Notes: generated by a model not told the origin, from the sequence alone. A stretch of DNA of 59,894 nucleotides from a virus (IMGVR_UViG_3300045988_042358:1-59894), one strand, 5' to 3'. Shown: positions 1-8,853, counted from the stretch's first letter. Numbers and translations are program-made.

Positions 1-55
1 GCGGTTTATGAGGATATAATGAACTATGTTAAATACCCCTCGTAGCAACGATTCC
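1..55. repeat. 55-bp terminal direct repeat, identical to 59840..59894; circular-contig assembly overlap
   Basis: Bases 1-55 (gcggtttatgagg...gcaacgattcc) recur exactly as the last 55 bases. The putative int arm sites straddle the junction. Confidence 0.9.
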
Positions 56-128
56 TAATTTCATTTTTGATTTTACCTATTCAAAAATCCATTGTTTAAG
101 GGATTTTTGCCTTTCTATTTTTGATTTA

Positions 129-149
129 TGTACCAATTCTGTACCAATT
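129..149 (+). repeat. two direct TGTACCAATT copies with 11-bp phasing; putative integrase arm-type sites (attP arm next to int)
   Basis: Copies at 129-138 and 140-149. The same 9-mer core occurs three times at 59729-59759. Confidence 0.5.
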
Positions 150-178
150 TAATTGGATATACTATATTTTTGATTATT

Positions 179-1309
179 TTATATTACTTTGAGTGCTTCT
201 GCTACTCTGTCCATTTCTAAGTTCTTTTGCTCGTCTGTCGTGTGAACGTAAAGGTTCATTGTGATACCTATGTTCGAGTGTCCTAGTATCGTCTGCAAGG
301 TTTTGGGCGTCATACCGGCTTCAATACATCTTGTTGCGAATGTGTGTCTTAATACGTGCATTGAAAATCTCGGTATCTTTGCCTTGTCACACGCTTTGTA
401 AATTCCGGTATCATATGTGCTATTTTTCACAGGTGCCCCGGTCTTGCACAAAAACACTCTGTCTCTCCATTGAATGTCAATAAATTTGAATGAAGCATTT
501 TTAGCTTTCTGCAATTTCAATAGCGATACGGCTTCATCGGTGAGTGGAATTGTCCTATATCCCGATTTACTCTTAGGTGGTCCTTCTCGCCATTCGCCTG
601 TTGAATGTCTGTACTCTAAGCTCCTGACAATTTTAATTGTTTTGGCTTTAAAGTCTACATCTTCCCATTTAAGCCCTACAAGCTCGCCTGTCCTTAGTCC
701 GGTCTGCAAGGCAAATCTGTATTGATACTCATATGATGTACCTTTGATAGCTTCGCAGAATTTTTTCTGATTTTCAATCGTCAATGCTTCTTTCTTTGAG
801 GATTCCTTACCGATGTCGGATTTCACCATGCGGTTGCACGGATTTTTGGGGATAATCTCGCTTTGATATGCATAGTCAAGCATGTTGTATAGTGCTATGC
901 GTGTCTGATATATCGTTGCCGTTCTGTAATCCTCGTCAGCCATATTAGTCATTATCTTTTGGCAGTGAAGTGTATTAACCTCTCGCAGTATCTTATTTCC
1001 GATAACAGGCTTTATGTTGCGTTTGTATCTCTCGGTGTAATTCCTTAGCGTGTTCGGTCTTACTGTGCGCTTCTTAACGCTTATCCAATACTCAAACCAT
1101 GCATCAACCAACATGTCAGACGGAAAGTCGGGGTTGCTGTGCTCATCAGTGTACTGCTCATCGGCAAGCCACTTTTTACACTCTTGTAGTTTTGCAAATA
1201 ATTTCTGCACTCGCTTTCCATTCCTCGTTGTGTATCTGCCAACATAGTACTTGTCTTTTCTCTGACTAATGCCTCTGCCTAGTTCTTTGCCTTTCAAGTC
1301 CTTTCCCAT
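179..1309 (-). CDS. int: tyrosine site-specific integrase
   Basis: 376 aa. C-terminal catalytic region HVLRHTFATRCIEAG...LGHSNIGITMNLYVH (R..HxxR..Y pattern). AAGGAG RBS upstream. Confidence 0.95.
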   Translation of the reverse strand: MGKDLKGKELGRGISQRKDKYYVGRYTTRNGKRVQKLFAKLQECKKWLADEQYTDEHSNPDFPSDMLVDAWFEYWISVKKRTVRPNTLRNYTERYKRNIKPVIGNKILREVNTLHCQKIMTNMADEDYRTATIYQTRIALYNMLDYAYQSEIIPKNPCNRMVKSDIGKESSKKEALTIENQKKFCEAIKGTSYEYQYRFALQTGLRTGELVGLKWEDVDFKAKTIKIVRSLEYRHSTGEWREGPPKSKSGYRTIPLTDEAVSLLKLQKAKNASFKFIDIQWRDRVFLCKTGAPVKNSTYDTGIYKACDKAKIPRFSMHVLRHTFATRCIEAGMTPKTLQTILGHSNIGITMNLYVHTTDEQKNLEMDRVAEALKVI

Positions 1310-1395
1310 ATTAAATTTTCGCTCCTTTCACTTATGGAAAAAGCCTTATGCAATTTATTATAATATCACATAAGGCTACATAAGTCCACATTTGA

Positions 1396-1794
1396 TTATA
1401 TCTCTATCGCCTCTGCAATATACTTTTCAAACTCTTTTCGCTTGATTAATCGTCTCTTTCCGACATACATAACAAATTGGCACCTTGGGTTGTTTGTTAT
1501 TTCTCGGAGCTTATTAACCCCGATATTACTGTATTCTGCGGCTTCATCAATCGTCAGCGTTACCTTTTCCCATATTGGCACTTTGTTAATCATCGCCTGA
1601 CTCCTTTCTATCTTTTCTTTAATGTCTGCCACTCTCCGGGAAGTGGTTGTTTTTGAGATTAATAGTCTCTGTGATACCTCTTCAAGGCTTTTATTGGCAA
1701 CTAACAACTCAAAAACTTCCGCTTCCTCATCGGTAAAATTGGCATTTTTCATAATTTCTTCAAGTTCCGGCTTAGTAAGTTTTGAAAACTTCAT
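1396..1794 (-). CDS. DNA-binding protein: sigma-70 region-4-like HTH plus excisionase-family HTH (possible Xis or regulator)
   Basis: The start at MKFSKL (ATG 1794) has an AGGAGA RBS. Motifs: SLEEVSQRLLISKTTTSRRVADIKEKI, then LTIDEAAEYSNIGVNKLREI...GKRRLIKRKEFEKYI. Confidence 0.55.
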   Translation of the reverse strand: MKFSKLTKPELEEIMKNANFTDEEAEVFELLVANKSLEEVSQRLLISKTTTSRRVADIKEKIERSQAMINKVPIWEKVTLTIDEAAEYSNIGVNKLREITNNPRCQFVMYVGKRRLIKRKEFEKYIAEAIEI

Positions 1795-1933
1795 AAGCCT
1801 ATCTCCTATTCTTCGGTTTTGTCTGCACTGTGTATACAAGTATTTGAGTATCGGCATGAACTGTTGCACGGCTTGTTGCCCTCGTATACACATTGTCTTT
1901 CAATTGGCTCTATATCACTTATAGTTCTGCTGT

Positions 1934-2221
1934 TCATCTTATCATCACTTCCTTTTTATACTGTTCTGCCATATATTGTCCGTAGCTCATGCCCTTACTT
2001 TTAGCAATCTCGCAGATTTCAGCAAGTTTGTTTTTCTTGGTGGGCTTTCTTTTAAGCCTTTTCTTTTCTCTGATTTTTCTCAATTCCGTAGCTCTCTGCT
2101 CTCTATGTGCTTCACAACACGTATTTTGGTTAGCTGCGGTCGGTGTAAATGTCTTGCTACAGACTACACATTTAATTGGTTTGTAGTGTTTCATTGCTAT
2201 CTCTCCATATTTTCTCATCAA
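1934..2221 (-). CDS. hypothetical small basic Cys-containing protein
   Basis: ORF with CVVCSKTF...CCEAH and a lysine-rich centre. An alternative start at 2194 (MKHYKP) follows a GGAGAG RBS. Confidence 0.5.
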   Translation of the reverse strand: MMRKYGEIAMKHYKPIKCVVCSKTFTPTAANQNTCCEAHREQRATELRKIREKKRLKRKPTKKNKLAEICEIAKSKGMSYGQYMAEQYKKEVMIR

Positions 2222-2831
2222 GAATATATTGCCTGATAAATCTATCTGCGTACTGCGGGTGTATCATTGACCTTGCTGTTTTCTTATTATCTGCCCCTGT
2301 TTTTGCATAATGTTCTTTTGTCATTGTTCTTATTGCGTCCTTGCATTCGATAGCGTTATAGCTAATTGGCTCAAAAATAAGATTGTTCTGTGGCTCGCAA
2401 TTCAAAAACCAATACTGTGTAGGCTTTTTAAAGTAATCTCCGCTATCTCTTCTATCTTTATCAATTACCGCTGGAGAATAGCACCAATATCGTCTTAAAA
2501 AATGCTCCTCTGAATAAGGGTTCTCCATTATCAGTTTCAATCCTTTTCTCATGCAAATAATAAACATTTTATTTACCAGGCTATACATATGTAAAACTTC
2601 TTCAAGCAAATTCATGTCAAACTCACATTTCTTTTCTAAAGACCATTTTTTCTGACTTGCCGACTGCCCTCTGAACCACAGCATTATCTGATTTTCAAAC
2701 CTTATGCAAGGGAAAAATGCAAATATCAAATCATCAGGGCCTATCTTATCAAATAGACTCGGCTCACCTTGATACCCCCCCCTCAATCTCTGCAAACAAA
2801 TCAATAATATAGTCTGTCTGGTTAAACTCAT
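2172..2831 (-). CDS. C5-cytosine DNA methyltransferase-like protein, C-terminal fragment (out of frame with the N-terminal fragment at the G8 tract)
   Basis: FPC (motif IV-like: FAFFPCIRFEN) and ENP (motif VI-like: KLIMENP). Only the part downstream of 2775 continues the upstream ORF after a 1-nt correction. Confidence 0.5.
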   Translation of the reverse strand: MSLTRQTILLICLQRLRGGYQGEPSLFDKIGPDDLIFAFFPCIRFENQIMLWFRGQSASQKKWSLEKKCEFDMNLLEEVLHMYSLVNKMFIICMRKGLKLIMENPYSEEHFLRRYWCYSPAVIDKDRRDSGDYFKKPTQYWFLNCEPQNNLIFEPISYNAIECKDAIRTMTKEHYAKTGADNKKTARSMIHPQYADRFIRQYILDEKIWRDSNETLQTN

Positions 2832-2919
2832 TCAAAATATCATAGTCATAGGCTTCAATTCCATACTTTTTGAAAGCATTCTTGAATGTGCCTGACTGCT
2901 CAAATAAACAATGTATCAT
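2764..2919 (-). CDS. DNA methyltransferase-like protein, N-terminal fragment
   Basis: MIHCLFEQSGTFKNAFKKYGIEAYDYDI... (AdoMet motif I-like LFxxSG and an acidic motif II-like residue). GGTGGA RBS. The frame stops 9 nt after the G8 tract. Confidence 0.45.
   Translation of the reverse strand: MIHCLFEQSGTFKNAFKKYGIEAYDYDILNEFNQTDYIIDLFAEIEGGVSR
2775..2782. repeat. C8 (coding-strand G8) homopolymer at the frameshift point of the methyltransferase-like gene
   Basis: gataCCCCCCCCtcaa read directly. Seven G would fuse the two ORFs into a 248-aa protein. Confidence 0.95.
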
Positions 2920-2988
2920 CGTTCTAAATCCACCAAAAGGAAACCTCGGTTTTATGTCGCGACAACCTATTCCTTTCTGATAAATTAA

Positions 2989-3144
2989 TTAATGTTTAAT
3001 ATTTTCGCTGCACCACTGCTCTTGTATATCATCATCGGTCTTATCTCGTCCACGGATGTCGTACCACGCAAACGCTGCCTCTGTCAGACCGATTATGCCG
3101 AATACTATGAGGGCAGTGTATACTACTGTTGTTATGTCGGTCAT
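2989..3144 (-). CDS. hypothetical small membrane protein (51 aa, below the ORF-track cutoff)
   Basis: ATGA start/stop overlap with the upstream gene. One hydrophobic helix: VVYTALIVFGIIGLTEAAFAW. Confidence 0.4.
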   Translation of the reverse strand: MTDITTVVYTALIVFGIIGLTEAAFAWYDIRGRDKTDDDIQEQWCSENIKH

Positions 3145-3452
3145 TCTTCATCACTCCAATCAAATTTTTGACCACAATTCATACAATGAAAGTAGAAAGT
3201 CTTATTATCAGCCGGTATTCTGTCTGTCAAAATTTCTCCACATGTCGGACAGCACAAGTACTCCTCTTCCAAATCTCCAAAATACTGCTTCATGATAGGT
3301 TTCTTTGGTATCTGTTTTTCAAGTGCTGATATTGCAAATCTAATTGCTTCTAAAACGTTGTAATCAAGGTATGGCTTCCATCTTTCTTTTAGATACTCAA
3401 AATGCATTCGCAAAAATTCAATTGCTTTTTTCGCTGTCATATTATCCCTCAC
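3141..3452 (-). CDS. hypothetical zinc-ribbon protein
   Basis: CCPTCG...HCMNCG pairs. An alternative ATG at 3440 lies just after the YopX stop. Confidence 0.55.
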   Translation of the reverse strand: MRDNMTAKKAIEFLRMHFEYLKERWKPYLDYNVLEAIRFAISALEKQIPKKPIMKQYFGDLEEEYLCCPTCGEILTDRIPADNKTFYFHCMNCGQKFDWSDEE

Positions 3453-3852
3453 TTTCTAATAACTCCGGATTGTCAAAGACGTTTCCGACAACTTCATATT
3501 CAGTATCATATTCAAGTCTGTGCTTATAATATTTTTCGTTAGGAATTGTACATATAATTTCAAAATCTCTAAATGTTATGAGCACATTCCCCTTGCTATT
3601 ATTTATTTTTACAATATCATTCTCCCAAATCAGCTTGCCGTTCTTGTCTTTCAAGCCTGTACATTGACAGATTGTCTTTGAATTTACTTCGTGAATTTGA
3701 TTTCCATGTCGAGATTCGCATGTATCAGGACAATAATAATTTTCTGCGTATTTCTCAATAATTACATTTCTTTTCCCGATAACTCCATAATAACCAATAA
3801 CCCATTTTCCATTGTCAACTCTCTTTGCTTTAAATAAGTATCTATCTTCCAT
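3442..3852 (-). CDS. YopX family protein
   Basis: YLFKAKRVDNGKWVIGYY...IHEVNSKTICQCTGLKDKNGKLIWENDIV...VGNVFDNPELLE matches the YopX pattern. Confidence 0.8.
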   Translation of the reverse strand: MEDRYLFKAKRVDNGKWVIGYYGVIGKRNVIIEKYAENYYCPDTCESRHGNQIHEVNSKTICQCTGLKDKNGKLIWENDIVKINNSKGNVLITFRDFEIICTIPNEKYYKHRLEYDTEYEVVGNVFDNPELLESEG

Positions 3853-3863
3853 ATTCTCTCCTT

Positions 3864-4031
3864 TCAGCGTTTATTTTGATTATGGATATATTTTTTTCTT
3901 ACTCTTTCTTTTTCACGCTTCTCTTTTGCTTCCGGGAAAATAAAATCCATAGCATCATTCCAACCCTTTGTATAATCATCTTCATAATCTCTTGCCGTTG
4001 GTGCGCCCTTGTATAATGGCATTTTAACCAT
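3864..4031 (-). CDS. hypothetical protein
   Basis: Start at MVKMPLYK, preceded by AGGAGAG. The longer ORF to 4076 would overlap the upstream gene. Confidence 0.45.
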   Translation of the reverse strand: MVKMPLYKGAPTARDYEDDYTKGWNDAMDFIFPEAKEKREKERVRKKYIHNQNKR

Positions 4032-4039
4032 ATTCTCTC

Positions 4040-4405
4040 CTATTCCGATTCTGATTGAAGCCAATCTAACATACATTTTTTACATGCATCTTTATCATTC
4101 GGATGGACGCACGTATCATAGTTTCCTTTTTTCCAATTAACCATATGCGGACAAAGATTGAACTCTGCTAACTCTTCATCCGACATATTCCTTATCCTGT
4201 CGGCATTAGTCTGTTTATCACTTTCCACAATTTCAAAATATTCATCAATGAACTCTAATACAATTTTTAAATTGTATGAGCTGTACCCAATGTTGTAGCC
4301 ATTCTCACCAACATTTCTGTACTGTACGCTATAATAAGGTTTACTATCTATCATTTCCATGATAATAGACAAGTCGGTTACTCTTTCTTCTTTTACTTTG
4401 CTCAT
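4040..4405 (-). CDS. hypothetical protein
   Basis: ATGA overlap with the upstream stop at 4402-4405. No recognisable motif. Confidence 0.5.
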   Translation of the reverse strand: MSKVKEERVTDLSIIMEMIDSKPYYSVQYRNVGENGYNIGYSSYNLKIVLEFIDEYFEIVESDKQTNADRIRNMSDEELAEFNLCPHMVNWKKGNYDTCVHPNDKDACKKCMLDWLQSESE

Positions 4406-4611
4406 TCCAATGCCCTCCACACATCATTAGGTTTATTTATAGTCCACACACTAGGTATTGTGTCTTTAACTAGACACAAACCCTTTTCATTTTCAATTTT
4501 CCCAAAAGGACAAGTTAGGCAGTCGTTATCCTCGCACACTGTCTTGATTATTTTCAGCGCAGTTAGAATGCTTTTTGCCTCTACCACTACTCCGTCAACT
4601 TCTTTTTTCAT
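4402..4611 (-). CDS. hypothetical protein
   Basis: ATG 4611 lies 5 nt after GAGGTGG. Contains a CLTCP motif. Confidence 0.5.
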   Translation of the reverse strand: MKKEVDGVVVEAKSILTALKIIKTVCEDNDCLTCPFGKIENEKGLCLVKDTIPSVWTINKPNDVWRALE

Positions 4612-4969
4612 TCTTTCCACCTCTCAATTCTTCAAAATAGAATTTTACATCGTCAGACACATACTTAACGATTCCAAACCGTTCCGCCACTTGATAGGGT
4701 ATGTTGTCACGCATAAGCCTTTTGTGCAATCTCGATAAGTAGTCTCTGAATCCCTCAATATCAAGTGTGGCTTTGTAATGATTGCAACTCCTACAAGCTG
4801 GCATGTAATTCGATATATCATCTACTCCGCCTATACTAAGTGGTGTTGCATGGTCTACTTGCATATCTTTGTATTCGATTTCAGCACCACAGTAGGCACA
4901 GCAACCGCCGTACTTGAAGTACACCTCTTCTCTTATGCTTTTAGGTATCGGTTTTCTTTTACTCATCAT
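4595..4969 (-). CDS. HNH endonuclease
   Basis: CCAYCGAEI...DHATPLSIGGVDDISNYMPACRSCNHYK (HNH with zinc-binding Cys pairs). Confidence 0.85.
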   Translation of the reverse strand: MMSKRKPIPKSIREEVYFKYGGCCAYCGAEIEYKDMQVDHATPLSIGGVDDISNYMPACRSCNHYKATLDIEGFRDYLSRLHKRLMRDNIPYQVAERFGIVKYVSDDVKFYFEELRGGKNEKRS

Positions 4970-5396
4970 TGCCTCTCAACTCTTTCAGTTTTGTTTCGGC
5001 TTCGGATTTGTTCAAAAATACCGACTTGCCGATTTCACTTTCTGCAAAACTTCCTGTGATACTTCCGCTCGAGTTTGTATAATAGAATACGACTTCTTTT
5101 GTTGTAACAGGTTCACAAATGTATTCTTCGCATTCACCAAATGAAAAGGCTGTTATTGTATATGCACAAGGTCTGCCGCAGTCATTATCCCATACTGTAT
5201 CTCCCACCTTGCAAGGCAATTTAATAAGTCTGCCTTGTTCCTCTAAGTCCTCATAATTGGCAAGTTTTTTAACCATATCTTCAACAATTCCGCAATCACA
5301 GTCCTTGGTAATGCATCCAATGCAATGCTTGCTATATGGAATTATTCTTCCTGTGTGAGAAATTTCTCCATAGTTTCTATTCGTTAATCTCTCCAT
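4959..5396 (-). CDS. hypothetical protein
   Basis: 145-aa ORF in the operon, Cys-rich. No family recognised. Confidence 0.5.
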   Translation of the reverse strand: MERLTNRNYGEISHTGRIIPYSKHCIGCITKDCDCGIVEDMVKKLANYEDLEEQGRLIKLPCKVGDTVWDNDCGRPCAYTITAFSFGECEEYICEPVTTKEVVFYYTNSSGSITGSFAESEIGKSVFLNKSEAETKLKELRGNDE

Positions 5397-5788
5397 TACT
5401 GCTCCTTGTCCGGAAGCTTAGCCAGTTTCCATGGTGTACACCTATCGCCACTCCACGATGTTGTTCCATCGCTCCAAGCATAAACTATCCCATTCTCATA
5501 TTTCGCAAAATATCTTTTACCCCACTCGGAAAAACTGCTATCTCTTATTAGTATTGGTGTATCAACTGCAACTTTTGACCAGTCAACAGGCGGTTCAACG
5601 TATTCGCTATTCGCCCATTTTTCTCTTACAGAGGTGCAAGAGTCGGTATTACTAAAACCAAATAAGCAATCTTTACACGTTAATTTATAGCACGCTGTTG
5701 GCTCTAATGTTGCTTTGTTAACTGCTATTTTGCTACCGCCACAAGCAATATCCAAAATCTGTTCTGCGAATTTCTCTCTATTTGTCAT
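5396..5788 (-). CDS. hypothetical protein
   Basis: Start at MTNREKF with AAGGAG 8 nt upstream. The ORF is open up to 5836. Confidence 0.5.
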   Translation of the reverse strand: MTNREKFAEQILDIACGGSKIAVNKATLEPTACYKLTCKDCLFGFSNTDSCTSVREKWANSEYVEPPVDWSKVAVDTPILIRDSSFSEWGKRYFAKYENGIVYAWSDGTTSWSGDRCTPWKLAKLPDKEQ

Positions 5789-5942
5789 AGTTTTGTACTC
5801 CTTTCCCATAATCCGGCATATGCTTAAATCTTTCATATGCCTTATTGTCTCTGTGTTTTTCCATGTAGGCTTTTTGTCTATCGTCTCTCATCTGCTTTAT
5901 GTGAGCATTTTGAGTACTGTCGTTATCCCATGCATAAGTCAT
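5787..5942 (-). CDS. hypothetical small charged protein (51 aa, below the ORF-track cutoff)
   Basis: TAATG overlap with the upstream stop. It fills an otherwise empty gap in a tightly packed operon. Confidence 0.35.
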
Positions 5943-6553
5943 TAATCAATCACCTTTATGTACCTTTCATCAACGTAATTAACTTCATCAGCAAGGCATT
6001 GTGCCACTTTCGGCAATGTCAGACCGAATTGATTAAATTTATACAACGTGTCGATTAAGTCCCTAAATTCTGCGATAAACTCTTTAATTTCCCTAACCGA
6101 CAATTTAAACATTAGTTTAAGTGCTGTACATGCTAAAACCATGTAGCTGTATGCCGTGTCATTTAAGAGCTGTCTCGTATCGTTTATTGTAAGCGGATTA
6201 TTTCTCTGATAAATTCTAATCAACTGCTGCATTGGGATTAAATTAATCTCTTTCTGCACATCAATGCCGTATCTCACTTTCAAAAGTTCAGCAAGCGTTT
6301 CAGTTTTCATTTCTTTTTCAGTCTGTGCTCTTTCAAGGTACTCATTTATGGTTCTTTCAAGCCTTACAATGCGCTTATTGCCAAATCCATGGTGTAAATA
6401 CAGTACATAGTAGCCTAAATCCATAAAGTCTGTGAAAGACCGCCCTACGAGCTTTCTGCGGTTATTGCTGTTTTTCAGCGTAGCTCTTTCTGATTTTGTC
6501 CATGTAAAATCCGGCTCTTTGTGCTTTTTCTTTGGTTTCAGTTTGTTGCTCAT
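5942..6553 (-). CDS. hypothetical protein
   Basis: 203-aa ORF. No motif recognised. Confidence 0.5.
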   Translation of the reverse strand: MSNKLKPKKKHKEPDFTWTKSERATLKNSNNRRKLVGRSFTDFMDLGYYVLYLHHGFGNKRIVRLERTINEYLERAQTEKEMKTETLAELLKVRYGIDVQKEINLIPMQQLIRIYQRNNPLTINDTRQLLNDTAYSYMVLACTALKLMFKLSVREIKEFIAEFRDLIDTLYKFNQFGLTLPKVAQCLADEVNYVDERYIKVID

Positions 6554-6755
6554 ATTTCTTCATTCTTTCTTCAAGTTCTCGTTTTGTCCTGATAAAACAG
6601 GCTTCGGTAGTTTCTTCTGTGGCTTTTACAAGCTCTTTATCACGTTGCCGGATAATTATTTTCGTTTCCTTGCCATTGGTTTTATAAAACATTCGCAAGT
6701 CATATTTCCTTTGCAGTGGTCGGTAAAAATCGTAAAAATCTTTCAAGGAATCCAT
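6462..6755 (-). CDS. hypothetical charged protein
   Basis: Start at MDSLKDF. The ORF is open to 6806. Its 3' end overlaps the next gene by 92 nt. Confidence 0.4.
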   Translation of the reverse strand: MDSLKDFYDFYRPLQRKYDLRMFYKTNGKETKIIIRQRDKELVKATEETTEACFIRTKRELEERMKKYEQQTETKEKAQRAGFYMDKIRKSYAEKQQ

Positions 6756-7354
6756 TGTGAATTCCTTTCTTTTATCTTCTGCCGTGCCAAGTTTGCCTTT
6801 TCGCAAGTTGCATTCTTAACGTTCTTCTGATAGTGCATTTCGCAGACCCTATATCCGGGCTTTACCGGATTGTCGCAGAAAAAACATAGTCCTTGTTCAT
6901 ATCTGCCGGTTCTTTCAGGCATTTTAACGTGTGCTCTTCTCATTGTTTCCCGGCAAAATGTGCAAGTGGTATGCCCTGGGTCTGCTTTTCTCTTACGACA
7001 GCGTGTGCATATGCCATTTGCCTTGTCTTTTTCGTATCGCACTTTTCGCCATGCTTTTTGTCGCTCATTGTATTTTTTTACATCGGCAGCGCGTTTCTTT
7101 GACGCAGCTTCGGCTGATTTTGCCCTACACTCAACACAGCTTTTTTCGTCACCATATAGCAAGTTTTTGCCACATCTAGGGCAAACACCAACTGCCTGTA
7201 ATTTTTTATAAAGCTCTCTGCCATATGCTGTACGCTTGCTGTTACACGCCGTACAAACCACACCTTCTCTATCAAGCGGTTTCCCACAAAGCACGCAAAG
7301 GTTACTGGCTTTTCGTTCTTCATACCTTTGTCTTGAATACTTGTCTTTTATCAT
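6743..7354 (-). CDS. hypothetical multi-zinc-ribbon protein
   Basis: Five or more CxxC...CxxC units (CVLCG..CTAC, CPRCG..CVEC, CTRC..CTFC, CFFC..). Confidence 0.55.
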   Translation of the reverse strand: MIKDKYSRQRYEERKASNLCVLCGKPLDREGVVCTACNSKRTAYGRELYKKLQAVGVCPRCGKNLLYGDEKSCVECRAKSAEAASKKRAADVKKYNERQKAWRKVRYEKDKANGICTRCRKRKADPGHTTCTFCRETMRRAHVKMPERTGRYEQGLCFFCDNPVKPGYRVCEMHYQKNVKNATCEKANLARQKIKERNSQWIP

Positions 7355-7407
7355 TTTTCGCTAGGAGTAAAGCCAGCTTTAATTGTGCGCACAAACCTCT
7401 TTACCTC

Positions 7408-8058
7408 CTATCTTTTCATCTGCTCGATACGTTCTTTAATTTCCTTTGGCATTGGAATACCTCTAATCGGCTCATTTTGGCTTTTATTATCTTCCAACGA
7501 TAATTTTATCGTCTGTTGATTTTTAGAGCTGATTTGAGCCGAATACGAGTTTCTATTGGTACTTTCAATCAATGCCTGTATATCCTTTGGCATTTTTTGA
7601 AATTCCTTTGCTCGATTAACAACTGCCCTATAAGTTCTCATAAAATTTGACTGCACTACGTTTTCAATGCTCTTGCTGTCCGTCAACGCCCAGTTCCTGA
7701 GATTATCAGGACTTCCGACAGCCTTTTGTACGAGTGGTGGTAGCTTATTAAATTCTTCAACTGCACCATAATAGCCATTTCGTAGCGCCCTGCTAACAAG
7801 CATCCACGCTTCCATTTCGTTAAGTTCCTGTGGGGATTGAACCTCATGCAGTTTGTTAATTAACTGTCCGATGCTCGGCGCAAATCCGCTTGTATCTGAA
7901 TGCACGTAAGTTTTCAATGCCATAGATATTTGACTGTAGCTGTATTCTTCCAACATCATATTCCACACATCTACTGTCTCTGATAAATTGCTCGGCTTGT
8001 AATTGGGGTAGCAATCACACATTATGCGAATGATTTTAACTGTCTCGTCTCTTGTCAT
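7408..8058 (-). CDS. replication protein, helicase-loader-like (SPP1 G39P-type N-terminal pattern)
   Basis: IIRIMCDCYPNYK...VDVWNMMLEEYSYSQISMALKTY...FAPSIGQLI. Lies directly downstream of the replisome organizer. Confidence 0.5.
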   Translation of the reverse strand: MTRDETVKIIRIMCDCYPNYKPSNLSETVDVWNMMLEEYSYSQISMALKTYVHSDTSGFAPSIGQLINKLHEVQSPQELNEMEAWMLVSRALRNGYYGAVEEFNKLPPLVQKAVGSPDNLRNWALTDSKSIENVVQSNFMRTYRAVVNRAKEFQKMPKDIQALIESTNRNSYSAQISSKNQQTIKLSLEDNKSQNEPIRGIPMPKEIKERIEQMKR

Positions 8059-8067
8059 TTCTCTACC

Positions 8068-8853
8068 TCATACATTATCCCAATCAATGGTGCCTTTGTT
8101 GGCTGAATGTGGCTCATTATCCTTTAATGCAAATAGCCCTTGCCAGCAATGGTCTACTGACTGATTAAGAATTTTAACAGCCAAATCGTTATCGCCCTTT
8201 GATAGTCTCTCGATAGTGTTCATAGCTCGGTGCAATGCCATGTCGGTGCATATCGGCTTTTTTATTTTTTTTCGCATTGTCAGATATTCCTGAAAAGCAC
8301 TCTCTAGCATTTCATCATCAGGGTAGTAGACAGTTTTCTTTTTAGATATTGATTTATCAATATCTTTTTCTTTTATATCCTTATCTTTACTATCCTTAAC
8401 TATACTATTCTTATCTATACTTACCTTACCTATACTATCCTGTGGCAGACAAGTGGCAACCACTTGGCAACCATCCGGCAACCCATTGGCAACCACACGG
8501 CAACCATCGTCAGAAAATGTGTATGCACCATTGGATTTTATCTTTAATTTTGCCAATTCCTCCTTGAAATTCGTTGGTGTATACCGGTCTTTTCTCAAAG
8601 CGTTTGCCATGCGCCAATGCTTAATTACAATCACACCATTATCAAACTGATAAATGTATCTTTTTTCCAATAATTGTTGTAAATCAGCCACACTTGCGTG
8701 AGCTTTGAACATGGAAACTGATACCTGATTGCAAAATCCGTCATCATCAGCAGACATAGATAAATGCAAATATAAGGCTTGCGCACTTGATGATAAAGCC
8801 ATGAAATTATCATCATCAGTGACTTTTTTTGTGAACATTCTACGTTCTGCCAT
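8068..8853 (-). CDS. phage replisome organizer (N-terminal domain family)
   Basis: MAERRMFTKKVTDDDNFMALSSSAQALYLHLSMSADDDGFC...VIKHWRMANALRKDRYTP is typical of this family. AGGAGA RBS. Confidence 0.75.
   Translation of the reverse strand: MAERRMFTKKVTDDDNFMALSSSAQALYLHLSMSADDDGFCNQVSVSMFKAHASVADLQQLLEKRYIYQFDNGVIVIKHWRMANALRKDRYTPTNFKEELAKLKIKSNGAYTFSDDGCRVVANGLPDGCQVVATCLPQDSIGKVSIDKNSIVKDSKDKDIKEKDIDKSISKKKTVYYPDDEMLESAFQEYLTMRKKIKKPICTDMALHRAMNTIERLSKGDNDLAVKILNQSVDHCWQGLFALKDNEPHSANKGTIDWDNV
8444..8505. repeat. six GGCA(A/G)(C/A)C iterons at exact 11-bp phasing inside the organizer gene; putative origin of replication
   Basis: GGCAGAC at 8444, then GGCAACC at 8455, 8466, 8477, 8488 and 8499. 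Preceded by an AT-rich TATAC/TATCC-repeat stretch at 8380-8440. Confidence 0.6.

Noticed and set aside
1-55. The 55-bp identical termini as biological terminal repeats or attL/attR.
   Set aside because: The repeat is exact, and its 55-bp length matches a common assembler k-mer. The putative int arm sites and the int terminator are arranged across the junction as one continuous attP region. The simplest reading is a circular contig with an assembly overlap, not a physical DTR.
6462-6553. The 92-nt gene overlaps (6462..6553 and 17424..17515) as programmed frameshift sites.
   Set aside because: No slippery heptamer was found in either overlap. Both downstream genes have plausible independent starts, and one begins with a good signal peptide.
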